A DNA stretch of 64,000 nt from Patescibacteria group bacterium (GCA_049322215.1 JBMORU010000001.1:452023-516022), one strand, 5' to 3'; positions 9,336 through 19,140 are shown, numbered from the stretch's first letter. Notes: generated by a model from the sequence alone, not told the origin. Program-made: numbers and translations.

Positions 9336-10583
9336 ATGAAATCATTAATCAGTTTTATAAAATCCAAAAAGCGTTACCTACTCATCGCACTTTCGATTGG
9401 AGGCATAATTTTTACAGGTCAACATCTATTAAGCGAAGATACTTCCTCGGACGCTCAGCAAGAAAGTATAACGGTAACTGTGGAAAGAGGAGCTATATCT
9501 CAAACTGTTTCAGCTTCTGGACAAATTGAAACCGCAAATTATTTAGGTGTGACAACCAGTGTAAATGGAATTGTTAAGGATGTATTTGTTAAGGAAGGAG
9601 ATACAGTTACAAAAGGTCAGCCAATTATGGTAATCACTTTAAACGCGGATGGTGAAGAAAACCTAGCTTCTGCGTGGGGTTCCTATCTTTCAGCAAAAAA
9701 TTCCTTAGAAAGTGCAACAGACAGTTTAAGTTCTTTAGAGTCCGCACTCATAACAGCTAAAGAAGCCTTTCAAGATGAAAAGGAGTCCAACAGCTATCAA
9801 ACTCATGACGAAAGAACTTCCTATACACTTGCAGAAAATACTGTAGAAACAGCTCAAGCAAATTATGACAACAAGCTCGATGAAATTAACCAAAAACAAG
9901 TTGCGTTGAATAAAGCGTGGTTAACTTACCAAGCACAATCTCCTACAATTGTTGCACCTAGCAGCGGTATTGTTGCAAATATTGTAGTTGTTGAAGGTAT
10001 GGATATTACTAACTCATTATCAGAAAGGACATCTTCAACTGTTGCTTCCATTAAAAACGAGGGAACACCGATTGCAACACTAAATATTAGCGAAGTGGAC
10101 ATAAATAAAGTAAAGGTTGGTCAGAAAGTTGGAGTTACATTGAACAGTAACAGTGATGAGCTGTTTATGGCTACTGTAGTAGGAATAGATAAGATTGGTA
10201 GTACTTCAAGTGGCGTATCTAATTATCCAGTGATTGTTAAATTTGACGAAGGATCCGACCTAGTACTTCCTAACATGGGCGTAGATGCAGAAATAATTAT
10301 CCAAGAAAAGGTTGATATTTTGTATGTACCAAGCTCTGCAATAAGTTCAGTTAGAGGGAGTACAGTTGTTAACGTAGTTGATGGTGTTACAGTAAGACCT
10401 GTAGAAGTAGAAACAGGCATTTCGACAAATGAATATACAGAAATAACCTCAGGTGTAGAACAAGGTACAGTTATACAGATAGACACGTTACCGACAACAG
10501 GATTTACCTCATCTAGTAATGACCAAGAAGGCTCTGGGGGAAGACCAGGTTTGGTACCATTTAGTGGTGGTGGAAGGAGATAA
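9336..10583 (+). CDS. MacA-like periplasmic adaptor (membrane fusion protein)
   Basis: N-terminal TM, GIVKDVFVKEGDTVTKGQ lipoyl motif, coiled coil, ISEVDINKVKVGQ. Confidence 0.92.
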   Translation: MKSLISFIKSKKRYLLIALSIGGIIFTGQHLLSEDTSSDAQQESITVTVERGAISQTVSASGQIETANYLGVTTSVNGIVKDVFVKEGDTVTKGQPIMVITLNADGEENLASAWGSYLSAKNSLESATDSLSSLESALITAKEAFQDEKESNSYQTHDERTSYTLAENTVETAQANYDNKLDEINQKQVALNKAWLTYQAQSPTIVAPSSGIVANIVVVEGMDITNSLSERTSSTVASIKNEGTPIATLNISEVDINKVKVGQKVGVTLNSNSDELFMATVVGIDKIGSTSSGVSNYPVIVKFDEGSDLVLPNMGVDAEIIIQEKVDILYVPSSAISSVRGSTVVNVVDGVTVRPVEVETGISTNEYTEITSGVEQGTVIQIDTLPTTGFTSSSNDQEGSGGRPGLVPFSGGGRR

Positions 10584-10586
10584 TAC

Positions 10587-11291
10587 GTGCTCGAGGTTAA
10601 AAACGTATCAAAAATATACGAAAATGGTTCAGTTAAAACCATAGCCTTAGATGATGTTAGCTTCAAAATTGAAAAGGGTGAATTTGTTGCAATTATAGGG
10701 CCGTCTGGTTCAGGAAAATCCACTTTAATGCATATACTTGGCGCCCTTGATATTCCCACTTCAGGTGAATACTTACTTAATAATACAAATGTTGAACACA
10801 TGGACGACGATGAACTGGCAGATATAAGAAATAAGGAAATTGGGTTTGTATTCCAAGCGTACAACCTGCTTGCTAGAAGTTCTGCATTAAAGAATGTTTC
10901 TTTACCTATGATGTACGCAGGAATACCCAAAAAGGAACGCTATTATAGGGCTGTTAGTGCTTTAGAGGCAGTCGAGCTTGGAGACAAACTTAATAATGAG
11001 CCTAATCAGCTGTCAGGGGGGCAAAAACAGCGTGTTGCTATTGCTCGCGCATTATCTATGAACCCAAGCATCTTACTAGCAGATGAACCAACTGGAAATT
11101 TACCTACAAAACAAAGTGCAGAAATAATGGATATTTTCGATACCTTGAATATTAAAGGGCATACAGTACTTGTTATTACGCATGAAGATGAAATAGCAGC
11201 AAGAGCAAAAAGGGTAATTACTTTAGTAGATGGTAAAGTGGTTAGCGATAAAAAAGGTAAACACGAAAGGGTTGAACATGCGATTAATTGA
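10587..11291 (+). CDS. ABC transporter ATP-binding protein (MacB/LolD type)
   Basis: GPSGSGKST, LSGGQKQRVAIARAL, LADEPTGNL. Confidence 0.96.
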   Translation: MLEVKNVSKIYENGSVKTIALDDVSFKIEKGEFVAIIGPSGSGKSTLMHILGALDIPTSGEYLLNNTNVEHMDDDELADIRNKEIGFVFQAYNLLARSSALKNVSLPMMYAGIPKKERYYRAVSALEAVELGDKLNNEPNQLSGGQKQRVAIARALSMNPSILLADEPTGNLPTKQSAEIMDIFDTLNIKGHTVLVITHEDEIAARAKRVITLVDGKVVSDKKGKHERVEHAIN

Positions 11292-12498
11292 ACTTTTTGA
11301 AGAAAGTATTTCGGTCTTAACCACAAACAGATTAAGAACGGGTCTTTCCGCACTCGGAATAATAATTGGTATAGGGTCTGTAATTACTTTAATGACTTTA
11401 GGGCAAGCAAGCCAACAAAGTGTTACTGAAAATATACAATCTTTGGGAGCTAATTTGTTAACAATATCTCCAGGATCTCAACAAGGGTTTGGATTTGTTA
11501 GAAATTCCAATAATAGCGTAACTACACTAACAAACGAAGACGCTAAAGCTATAGCAAAGTCACAAAGATTAACAACCATAGACAAAGTTGCTGCAAGCTA
11601 TTCGGCCAATTCACAAGTCTCTTATGGTTCAAACAACGATAATATTCAAATTGAAGGTGTAACAGCGGAATATTTTTCACTAAGAAATATTGATTTGCTA
11701 CTTGGACAACAAATTACAGAGCAGGACAATTTGCTTGTAAGAAAAAATGCAGTAATCAGCCAAGATGTTGTTGATGAGCTTATGGAAGGCACCGCTAACC
11801 CTATTGGCGAAACAATCAGGATAAGTGGGAATACATTTACAATAATTGGTGTTACAGAAGGACAATCTGGCTTTGGAGGATCAAGTAGTGTAATTTATAT
11901 TCCTCTTAGTACAGCACAAAATATCTTATTCGGTGTAAGTCATGTTAGTTCAATTTATGTAGGTGCAGAAGATGAAAACCAAATGGAGGCAGCTGAAAAT
12001 CAACTAGGTTGGCTTCTTCTAGAGTTACATGGGCTAGATACACCAACAGATGCTGACTTTTCTATTTCATCGCAAGGAGACATTCTAGAAACTGTTGGGG
12101 AGGTAACACAAACATTTACAACACTTTTAACAGGAATAGCTGCTATTTCGCTAGTTGTTGGTGGTATTGGAATTATGAATATAATGCTTGTTACTGTAAC
12201 CGAAAGAACAAGAGAAATCGGTATTAGAAAAGCAATCGGCGCTAAAAGAAAAGTAATAATACTACAATTTTTGATTGAATCTGTTCTTTTAACAGTAACC
12301 GGTGGATTTATAGGTGTAATTCTGGGTTTAGGTTTGTCCTTTATACTTACAAATTCAATGTCCCTACCAAACGTTGTTTCCTATAACGCAATTGGTCTTG
12401 CGGTTATGGTGTCTTGCATAATCGGCGTGGTATTTGGAATTTATCCTGCTTACAAGGCTTCAAAATTGCAACCTATTGAAGCACTAAGATACGAGTAA
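11278..12498 (+). CDS. ABC transporter permease (MacB/FtsX type)
   Basis: LGIIIGIGSVI, GGIGIMNIMLVTVTERTREIGIRKAIGA, PIEALRYE. Confidence 0.95.
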   Translation: MRLIELFEESISVLTTNRLRTGLSALGIIIGIGSVITLMTLGQASQQSVTENIQSLGANLLTISPGSQQGFGFVRNSNNSVTTLTNEDAKAIAKSQRLTTIDKVAASYSANSQVSYGSNNDNIQIEGVTAEYFSLRNIDLLLGQQITEQDNLLVRKNAVISQDVVDELMEGTANPIGETIRISGNTFTIIGVTEGQSGFGGSSSVIYIPLSTAQNILFGVSHVSSIYVGAEDENQMEAAENQLGWLLLELHGLDTPTDADFSISSQGDILETVGEVTQTFTTLLTGIAAISLVVGGIGIMNIMLVTVTERTREIGIRKAIGAKRKVIILQFLIESVLLTVTGGFIGVILGLGLSFILTNSMSLPNVVSYNAIGLAVMVSCIIGVVFGIYPAYKASKLQPIEALRYE

Positions 12499-12502
12499 TT
12501 GT

Positions 12503-12534
12503 TTAAGCTTATTCTCAGGAAAAGGCGCTAACAT
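12503..12534 (+). promoter_or_regulatory. Direct-repeat regulator box plus -10 (copy 3), leaderless start
   Basis: TTAAG-N6-CTCAG-N10-TAACAT, 6 nt before ATG 12541. Confidence 0.75.
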
Positions 12535-12540
12535 TTTCTC

Positions 12541-12813
12541 ATGAACAAACAATTAATAACTTACATAGCTCTTGCAGCAATCATTACCGGTCTACTTGGT
12601 TTCTATGGTGGTAGATTTTATGAAAGAAAAACCTCCCAACGCGATATGTCTCAGAGAATGCAAAACTTTGAGGAAGGAAACTTTCAACCTGAAGATAGAC
12701 CAGCGCGTGGAAACTTTCCAGAAGGTGGGAATTTAAGAATTCCCGTACAAAACAATACTGAACAAAATACAGATCAGGAAACTGGTCAAGCTACCGAATC
12801 AGAAAAGCAATAG
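12541..12813 (+). CDS. Small single-TM hypothetical protein
   Basis: Hydrophobic N-terminus with GFYGG, disordered tail. Confidence 0.75.
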   Translation: MNKQLITYIALAAIITGLLGFYGGRFYERKTSQRDMSQRMQNFEEGNFQPEDRPARGNFPEGGNLRIPVQNNTEQNTDQETGQATESEKQ

Positions 12814-12872
12814 TCTATACAGAAAGATTACCTACTTAAGGAAACAAAGTCATTAAGTCCTTACAAATGATT

Positions 12873-12923
12873 AAAGCCCTATCCAGAATTGATGCGATGA
12901 TTTTGCATTCTGTATAGGGCTTT
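12873..12923 (-). terminator. Long imperfect 3' hairpin of orphan unit
   Basis: aaagccctat-c-cagaat ... attctg-t-atagggcttt. Confidence 0.65.
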
Positions 12924-12933
12924 GATGTAGTGG

Positions 12934-13293
12934 CTATTTATAGAAAATTCTTGATGGATCTCGACGTTTCGACCATTCCGCTTCACTTGCTTTGTATTTG
13001 TTGTAAAGCTTTTTTAGTTCGTATGCGGCCAGGTCAGGGATATCCACATTCTTCCTCGGGATTGCCAATGAAAACAACATACTATCGTCAAGATATATGC
13101 TGTCGCACCGGCGCACCTCTAAAAGAGCTTCGTGTAATGCAGTGGCGTGAATACCCTTCGGATTTGTAGACTCAAACTGGAACCATACCCTTAGGTATTC
13201 TCCATAATCGTCGCTGGTGTCAAACCCTAACAACGTGAGCTTTCCAAACCCTACTACTGAATACTGCCGTCCTATTTGTATATTCTTGTTCAT
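12934..13293 (-). CDS. Orphan protein (SD-led unit)
   Basis: TAAGGAG 6 nt before ATG 13293; TTGCAA-17-TATAAT promoter upstream; hairpin after stop. Confidence 0.75.
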   Translation of the reverse strand: MNKNIQIGRQYSVVGFGKLTLLGFDTSDDYGEYLRVWFQFESTNPKGIHATALHEALLEVRRCDSIYLDDSMLFSLAIPRKNVDIPDLAAYELKKLYNKYKASEAEWSKRRDPSRIFYK

Positions 13294-13470
13294 TTCAATC
13301 TCCTTATATGGGTATTGTAACTTTACAAAAAAAATGTATGGTCTTGCCATAAACCACACCAGATAGGAGGTTAATCAGTAATGACGCTATTATACTATAG
13401 GTTGAGATGTGTTGCAACTAAATGTTAACCCATGATTCTTGGGATCACCAAAGAATAAGTTCTATTAACG

Positions 13471-14658
13471 CTAGAGATCTTCACAAACAGTGAGTTTAAG
13501 AGAAACAGACTCTGCAGGGAATTGGTCTAAAAGGAAGTGTTCTACTCTTATGTTTACCTGACCTAGTGGTCTTGGAACTGAGGTTTTCCAGGGTTGTCCT
13601 TGAAGGGGATACCAGCCATCGTCAGGATTTAAACCACTGTCTTGATAAGTTCCTATCAATTCCTCAGGAGGGCCTTCTACAAAAACTTTAAATGACTCTG
13701 TGCTTTGTGGGGGCTCTCCGCATCTTCCACCGTTTGGGCACGCATAGCAAAGTGCACCATCAGGACAATCTGATGGATGTCCTTCCCCACCATAACCCAC
13801 AACCGTAACTCTTGAGGTACGCGTTAAATTAAATGAAAATGTTTTCACGTTATGAATCGTATGGTCTGTAGAACTAATGACAAAGTCATTTATAACTCCA
13901 ATTTCTGTAGTTCCTGCGGGGCATGAAGTAGGCGATGGTTCGACCCATACAGAACAGTTTCCGCAATCAGTTGAGCATGTTGAGCACAATTCCGCACCAT
14001 TGCAAATACCGTCACCGCATACAGGAGGCGGTAGGGAACATGTGCCGCAGTCAGACGAACAGGTGGAGCAGGATTCAGTGCCGTTGCAGGTACCATCACC
14101 GCATACAGGGGGAGGTGGGGAACATGTGCCGCAATCAGACGAACAGGTGGAGCAGGATTCAGTGCCGTTGCAGGTACCATCACCACATGCAGGAGGTGGT
14201 GGGGGTGGCGTACTTGGTACTGTGCATGAATTAACAATATAAGCGCATCCAGACACGTCTTCGAATATAGTTCTATCAATAGAGCAATAGCTTAAGCAGC
14301 CGGTATCAAAGCGCGTTGCGTCTACTGAAAATGCATTTGGAGTACCAGGTATGAAGTTATAAGTGTATATTGCTCCATCTGGAGTGCCACTTGGCCAGTT
14401 TTTTACATATGTAGATACTCCTTCTTCGTCTGCTATATCTCCGTTTCCATTTAGGTCTTGAGGAACGTATCCTTCTAGTTGTACAAAGGCGTGTAAGGAT
14501 TCACTAGCTTTAAGCAAGTTTGATCTAACTACCGCGTTTTTGGCGGCATCAGTCTTTTTGTTTCTATTTACTACATTTAAGGCAATTGTTGAAAGTCCTC
14601 CTAGGAGAATCACAACGATTAATAGCTCTATTAGTGTGAATCCTTTGGTATTGTTCAT
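13471..14658 (-). CDS. Type IV pilin-like protein with Cys-rich repeat stalk and C-terminal domain
   Basis: Class III signal KG/FTLIELLIVV; three CGDGxCNGxExCSTCSxDCG repeats; poly-Pro linkers. Confidence 0.88.
   Translation of the reverse strand: MNNTKGFTLIELLIVVILLGGLSTIALNVVNRNKKTDAAKNAVVRSNLLKASESLHAFVQLEGYVPQDLNGNGDIADEEGVSTYVKNWPSGTPDGAIYTYNFIPGTPNAFSVDATRFDTGCLSYCSIDRTIFEDVSGCAYIVNSCTVPSTPPPPPPACGDGTCNGTESCSTCSSDCGTCSPPPPVCGDGTCNGTESCSTCSSDCGTCSLPPPVCGDGICNGAELCSTCSTDCGNCSVWVEPSPTSCPAGTTEIGVINDFVISSTDHTIHNVKTFSFNLTRTSRVTVVGYGGEGHPSDCPDGALCYACPNGGRCGEPPQSTESFKVFVEGPPEELIGTYQDSGLNPDDGWYPLQGQPWKTSVPRPLGQVNIRVEHFLLDQFPAESVSLKLTVCEDL
13955..14210 (-). repeat. Three tandem intragenic repeats of about 28 codons
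   Basis: cagacgaacaggtggagcaggattcagtgccgttgcaggtaccatcacc occurs twice exactly; third copy diverged. Confidence 0.85.
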
Positions 14659-14872
14659 TATTTTTATTAAAAATGAATTTTTGTTTATGCAATAAAGATA
14701 CTTACTCTAAATCTATGCACATAATCACAATAACATAATTTACAGGCAGTCCAAATATTTTAAGAAAACAGATTTAATAGCTTGAAAGATGGGAAAGTGA
14801 TTTTTATTCTTATGAGAAGGGGATGTACTTTTGAAAAGTTTATTAGACTAACTTAGGAGTATAGTTTATTTA

Positions 14873-15376
14873 ATGAAAAAACTTTTCCTTATAATTTTCA
14901 TTGTATTGTTGACCCTTGTTGTTGCTGCGATTTATTTTACAAAGCAGAGCCCCGCCACCCCAGACATAAAAGTACGAAAACCCGAATCTGAAGCTTTTCC
15001 CTCAAATACTGAAGAAACTGACTCGAATTTAGAGCCTCCATCAAAAGTGGATGATTTAATAATTTTGGAATCTCCACGCGTTGAAGATACAGTTTCTTCC
15101 CCACTTGTTGTGCGTGGTGAAGCTAGAGGGACATGGTTTTTTGAAGCCACATTTCCCGTTATTTTAACCGATTGGGATGGCAGAATTATTGCCGAAACCT
15201 ATGCAACTGCACAAGATGAGTGGATGACAGAGGCCTATGTTCCATTTGAAGCTACTATAGAATTTGATGTTGATACTTCTGTAAGTAACCGTGGAAGTCT
15301 TATTCTTCAAAAGGCAAATCCTTCCGGCCTACCAGAAAATGACAATGCACTAGAAATAACTGTTTATTTTGAATAG
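14873..15376 (+). CDS. Gmad2 immunoglobulin-like domain protein
   Basis: TM then SSPLVVRGEARGTWFFEATFPV...LILQKANPSGLPEN. Confidence 0.85.
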   Translation: MKKLFLIIFIVLLTLVVAAIYFTKQSPATPDIKVRKPESEAFPSNTEETDSNLEPPSKVDDLIILESPRVEDTVSSPLVVRGEARGTWFFEATFPVILTDWDGRIIAETYATAQDEWMTEAYVPFEATIEFDVDTSVSNRGSLILQKANPSGLPENDNALEITVYFE

Positions 15377-15416
15377 TTAGTCCGGTATTAAACTTTTCCT
15401 GTGTTAAGATTATCCT

Positions 15417-15660
15417 ATGCAAATCGGAGTATTTTCAGACGCGCATGATAATTTAGAAAGCTTTAAAGGTAATGTTCACGCCGTTTATGGGAACATCGAA
15501 GATTGATTTACCCTTACTCAGCTAGCATATACAGAATTAAATAATCTTCAATTATATGGCGAACATGCAGAACTAGAATTGGAAAGGATGTTTTATGCTT
15601 AAAGACAAAGTTGCTGGAGCAAAACCCTAACATGTTTGTTGAGTTGCCTCCTAAACTTAG
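15417..15660 (+). pseudogene. Degraded YfcE/MJ0936-type metallophosphoesterase
   Basis: MQIGVFSDAHDNL runs almost directly into VHAVYGNIED then stop; the HxGD segment is missing; continuation in another frame (LYGEHAELEL). Confidence 0.7.
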
Positions 15661-15686
15661 TGTTATTTTTGGTGTAATATTTAAAC

Positions 15687-15986
15687 ATGCTTTTTTGGTC
15701 TGGAAAAGGCTATATGGTCTTTTTAATTTTAATTGGTAGTTTGGGCGCTACTGAATTATTGTCTGAACTTGTATTTAATAATTCCTCTTATTTTCAAACA
15801 ACATGGTGGCCGGTTTTAACGGCTTTTTTGGTTGCTGCTTATTTAGTAAAAATCTACGTGGGACATTTAAAAAATAAATCTTCTAATGATATAGCACATG
15901 CAACCGCCTTCTTTATTGGTATAGACAAGTGGGACAAAATTTTAGTTGGCTTAGGTATTTTATTTTCACTGTATATATTATTTTAA
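15687..15986 (+). CDS. Small membrane protein
   Basis: Three hydrophobic segments; starts MLFWSGKG. Confidence 0.7.
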   Translation: MLFWSGKGYMVFLILIGSLGATELLSELVFNNSSYFQTTWWPVLTAFLVAAYLVKIYVGHLKNKSSNDIAHATAFFIGIDKWDKILVGLGILFSLYILF

Positions 15987-15987
15987 T

Positions 15988-16209
15988 TTAGAGTAATCCA
16001 CCAAAAGTAAACATTAAGCTTAAAAAGGCTATTAGTGGTAAATATTTAGCTAATTTATATTGTTTATTTTTTTTATAAATTACTAAGGAAACAATATAAA
16101 ACACTAACAATGCGTATAAAACTGGTTTTTGTGCTGGGCTATAGCTTAGCAGCGTAAAAAAAGAGTAAACTGCCCAAGGGATTAGCAGTATGTAATATAT
16201 TATGCTCAT
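15988..16209 (-). CDS. Small membrane protein
   Basis: 73-aa hydrophobic ORF, ATGA-coupled to upstream gene. Confidence 0.6.
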   Translation of the reverse strand: MSIIYYILLIPWAVYSFFTLLSYSPAQKPVLYALLVFYIVSLVIYKKNKQYKLAKYLPLIAFLSLMFTFGGLL

Positions 16210-16700
16210 TTGAATTCCTTTTTTAAATAATAGTCTTTAACATAGTTAGTGTAGCAGTTATTTATATCACATTGTTGTATTGCTTTACTATCTACCTTGC
16301 TTCTTTCGTAGGCTGCATTTTCAATATACTTAGCATGTAAGTCTCTTAATATGTACCCGGTGGAAAACATTACTACGTTTACTGCCCATAAAGTTAATCC
16401 TAAAGTTATTGCATATAAAATGTAGTAAGTAGTTACTTTTTGTATGCTAGACATCATTAAAAGAAAAAACATTAAGAGTATTAATGTAAGTAACATAGCT
16501 ATTCCTATTTTGTAAGTAAGGCCATTAAGTAAATCGTTAAAGAGTAGTTCCCGCACGGTCAAAGTAGGCGCATTTGCATGTTCTACAACGTCTAAAAGTT
16601 TAGGTAATACAAAAACAAATAACAAATATATTGAATATCCCATATATATGGTTGTTATGAATAATGGAATTCCTAAAACAAGTTTGTGTTTTGGTTGCAT
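16206..16700 (-). CDS. Membrane protein, 3 TM
   Basis: Hydrophobic ORF; TAAAAT 6 nt before ATG. Confidence 0.7.
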   Translation of the reverse strand: MQPKHKLVLGIPLFITTIYMGYSIYLLFVFVLPKLLDVVEHANAPTLTVRELLFNDLLNGLTYKIGIAMLLTLILLMFFLLMMSSIQKVTTYYILYAITLGLTLWAVNVVMFSTGYILRDLHAKYIENAAYERSKVDSKAIQQCDINNCYTNYVKDYYLKKEFK

Positions 16701-16739
16701 ATTAAAATTTTAGCATTTTATTTTATTGAGGAAAAAAAT

Positions 16740-16782
16740 GAGGAGTCGGTATACAAGTTTTATTTTGTATACAGAGCTCCTC
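16740..16782 (-). terminator. Long 3' hairpin/terminator of orphan unit
   Basis: gaggag..gtatacaa..ttgtatac..ctcctc followed by T7 on minus strand. Confidence 0.75.
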
Positions 16783-16789
16783 GTAGGGT

Positions 16790-17167
16790 TTAGGCCGGGT
16801 TTGCTTTTGCGTTATCTGCTGGAGAGAGCTTTTCCCAGGCTTTCATGATTAGGCCGACAGCAAAGTTTTCCATGGGGGTTTTCCAGTGGTCGCGAATGTA
16901 GTGTTCGGGAATTTCGATATTCCACTTTTGACCATCAGGAGAAGTGAAGGTTAGTTTGCCACCTTTGTCGTCTTCAAGCTGTTTGGTCAACCATTCTGCC
17001 ATTAGAATTTGTCCGCCGGGAAGGAACTTAAACTCTGCATTGGCGACAGTTTTGCCGTTACGTTCAAGTTGCATACCAAAACGGTGCGCTGGGATGTTAA
17101 TAGCATCCAAAACTTTGTATGCTAGTCGATACCAAGCCATTTGCAAATTCGTCAAGTTTTCGTCCAT
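16790..17167 (-). CDS. Orphan protein (SD-led unit)
   Basis: TTGACA-17-TAGAAT promoter, GGAGG SD, 3' hairpin. Confidence 0.75.
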   Translation of the reverse strand: MDENLTNLQMAWYRLAYKVLDAINIPAHRFGMQLERNGKTVANAEFKFLPGGQILMAEWLTKQLEDDKGGKLTFTSPDGQKWNIEIPEHYIRDHWKTPMENFAVGLIMKAWEKLSPADNAKANPA

Positions 17168-17386
17168 TTTTTATGGAACCTCCAATTAGTATTTGATTGT
17201 AAATCTACCCGTATTCTACACTATAGGATGTTGGGTGTCAATCACGATTAAAGAATATCTAGCTTATAAAAAAGGAATTTTACAGTGTGCTGTTAGCCCC
17301 TTTATTTTTATAGGTTGAAACGTTTTCATGTATGTATTACAATCCCTCTACCTTTAATTACAAATAAAAGAAGTAAGGAGCTAAAG

Positions 17387-18076
17387 ATGGACTTTAATAA
17401 AGCCGATTTCGGCTTGCGTTGGGGTTTAATTTCGAAACGCGAGACTATCCCACTTGGGGGTTCTGCTGTTGAATTTGGTTCGGGGACTGGCCGTAATGTT
17501 GTGGCTATGGCTAAATATATTCCCGGAGCAATAGGATACGACTTGAGTCCTCATTTAATTGCGGGTGCAAAAAAGCGTATTTCTGAAGCAGGGGTTAATG
17601 CTCAGGTAGTATACGGAAACGCTTGGGACGTAGAAATAAAAAAAGGTTCGTTAGCTGTTGCAAGTGTAGACATGCTAATTTACCTTCCCAAGGGACGCGC
17701 CCGTAAAATGCTAAAAAAAGTTTGGCAGGGACTTAAACCAAATGGGTTGTTACATGTCGTATTTGCAATGCCTGATGATAATTCTCATCTGGATGAATTT
17801 TTTGAGTTTACACTTGCGCCTTTTCCCGAAGAGAAAGAACAGTTTTCGTACTATCACAGCTGTGGGGGATTTTACGGCATGTGTGAACATCAAGCTGAAG
17901 GTGTAGAAGGCGCAAGCTTTTGGACTCGCAGACAAGCATTTGGGGCACTACGTCAACTAGGTCCCTTTAGTTTTGTTTTCGCTCAACGTACCGCATGGTG
18001 GCAAAATAATGTTTACTCTGATGGTACAGAAAGATTAAGACGTGCTTTTTACCGCGTAACGGTCCAAAAAAAGTGA
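17387..18076 (+). CDS. Class I SAM-dependent methyltransferase (SD-led unit)
   Basis: VEFGSGTGRN, GYDLS, LKPNGLL; TAAGGAG SD; TTGAAA-17-TACAAT. Confidence 0.85.
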   Translation: MDFNKADFGLRWGLISKRETIPLGGSAVEFGSGTGRNVVAMAKYIPGAIGYDLSPHLIAGAKKRISEAGVNAQVVYGNAWDVEIKKGSLAVASVDMLIYLPKGRARKMLKKVWQGLKPNGLLHVVFAMPDDNSHLDEFFEFTLAPFPEEKEQFSYYHSCGGFYGMCEHQAEGVEGASFWTRRQAFGALRQLGPFSFVFAQRTAWWQNNVYSDGTERLRRAFYRVTVQKK

Positions 18077-18085
18077 TTTGTCGTT

Positions 18086-18126
18086 AGACCTAAGGTATTT
18101 GTTAAAACAACTGCTTTAGGTCTTTT
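18086..18126 (+). terminator. Long 3' hairpin/terminator
   Basis: agacctaaggta ... tgctttaggtct then T run. Confidence 0.7.
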
Positions 18127-18702
18127 TTATACTTTAATATTTCTCAATATTTCCACCAGTTGTGTTTGATGCGTATAAATAAACCACATTATATAAACAG
18201 CAACCGATGGCAGGACAACATAATTTTCCACCCATTTTCCGGTAGTAACTCTTAACGCGCGTATTGGCGGAAATCCAATATCTACTGTAAATGGAAAAAA
18301 TAAAGGCAAACCATCTTTTGTTAGGGCATCTGCAATTAAGTGTGAAAAATAACCAATCATTATGCTCCATAAAATTATTTCAGGATTAACAAACTGTTCA
18401 TTTAATACTTTAGGTAGAATAAATTCTAAAAATTTAAAAATTATAAAAGCGCCAAGAAACGAATGGGATAAAGTACGATGTTTGTAAAAAATTCTTCTAA
18501 AAACTTTTCCTAAAGTGTCTCCTGCAGGAAGTAGATCCCATAAGCGGTTTCCTGCTTGATCCATATCGGGAATTAATGCCCCTACAATGTTTGCAACTAT
18601 TGCAACCGCTAGTGTTAATAGGTTTAAGTTTTGTGGAGGCATAAAAGTAGCAATAGTAACTAATGATGCAAATGCAAATGCGTCGTGTGTTCGGGCAGTC
18701 AT
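18127..18702 (-). CDS. YdjM-like membrane-bound metal-dependent hydrolase
   Basis: MTARTH, GALIPDMD, HRTLSHS, SHLIADALT motifs. Confidence 0.9.
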   Translation of the reverse strand: MTARTHDAFAFASLVTIATFMPPQNLNLLTLAVAIVANIVGALIPDMDQAGNRLWDLLPAGDTLGKVFRRIFYKHRTLSHSFLGAFIIFKFLEFILPKVLNEQFVNPEIILWSIMIGYFSHLIADALTKDGLPLFFPFTVDIGFPPIRALRVTTGKWVENYVVLPSVAVYIMWFIYTHQTQLVEILRNIKV

Positions 18703-18798
18703 ATTTTAATTATAGCGTGCTTGTTTTATGTGTCATGTTTACGTTTGTACAGGCCTATAGTATAATTAGCAAACAAATCTATCCGTAAGGAGCTGAAA

Positions 18799-19080
18799 AT
18801 GGCTAAAGATTTAACTGATAATCAAATTATTCGCCAAGCTGTTGATCTGATTCAAGGGCAATTAGTTGTACGAATTATTGACCAGGGTGGGGGTGCTTAT
18901 CATGTTGTAACCCGCAACCCTAAAGATGATGGGCGCCGCTGGCTTATGGTTGTAAAACTGAGCGCATCTAAACAGAGTGCTTCAATGGAAGATCATGGTG
19001 TTACTGATGTTCCACTGCCAAAAGCTCGTGGTCTGTACAAATTTAACTGGCGTTGCGGTAAAGTGGTAGACGAACCCTAA
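18799..19080 (+). CDS. Orphan protein (SD-led unit)
   Basis: TATAAT at 18761, TAAGGAG SD, 3' hairpin. Confidence 0.75.
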   Translation: MAKDLTDNQIIRQAVDLIQGQLVVRIIDQGGGAYHVVTRNPKDDGRRWLMVVKLSASKQSASMEDHGVTDVPLPKARGLYKFNWRCGKVVDEP

Positions 19081-19094
19081 ACCTTAACGCCTTG

Positions 19095-19140
19095 AGGATA
19101 TCGTTATGTTTTTAACCAAACATTTCGATATCCTTTTTTT
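19095..19140 (+). terminator. Long 3' hairpin/terminator
   Basis: aggatatcg..atgttt..aaacat..cgatatcct then T run. Confidence 0.75.

Noticed and set aside
13955-14210. Repeats that could be mistaken for a CRISPR array
   Set aside because: In-frame coding repeats without unique spacers; no cas genes in the window
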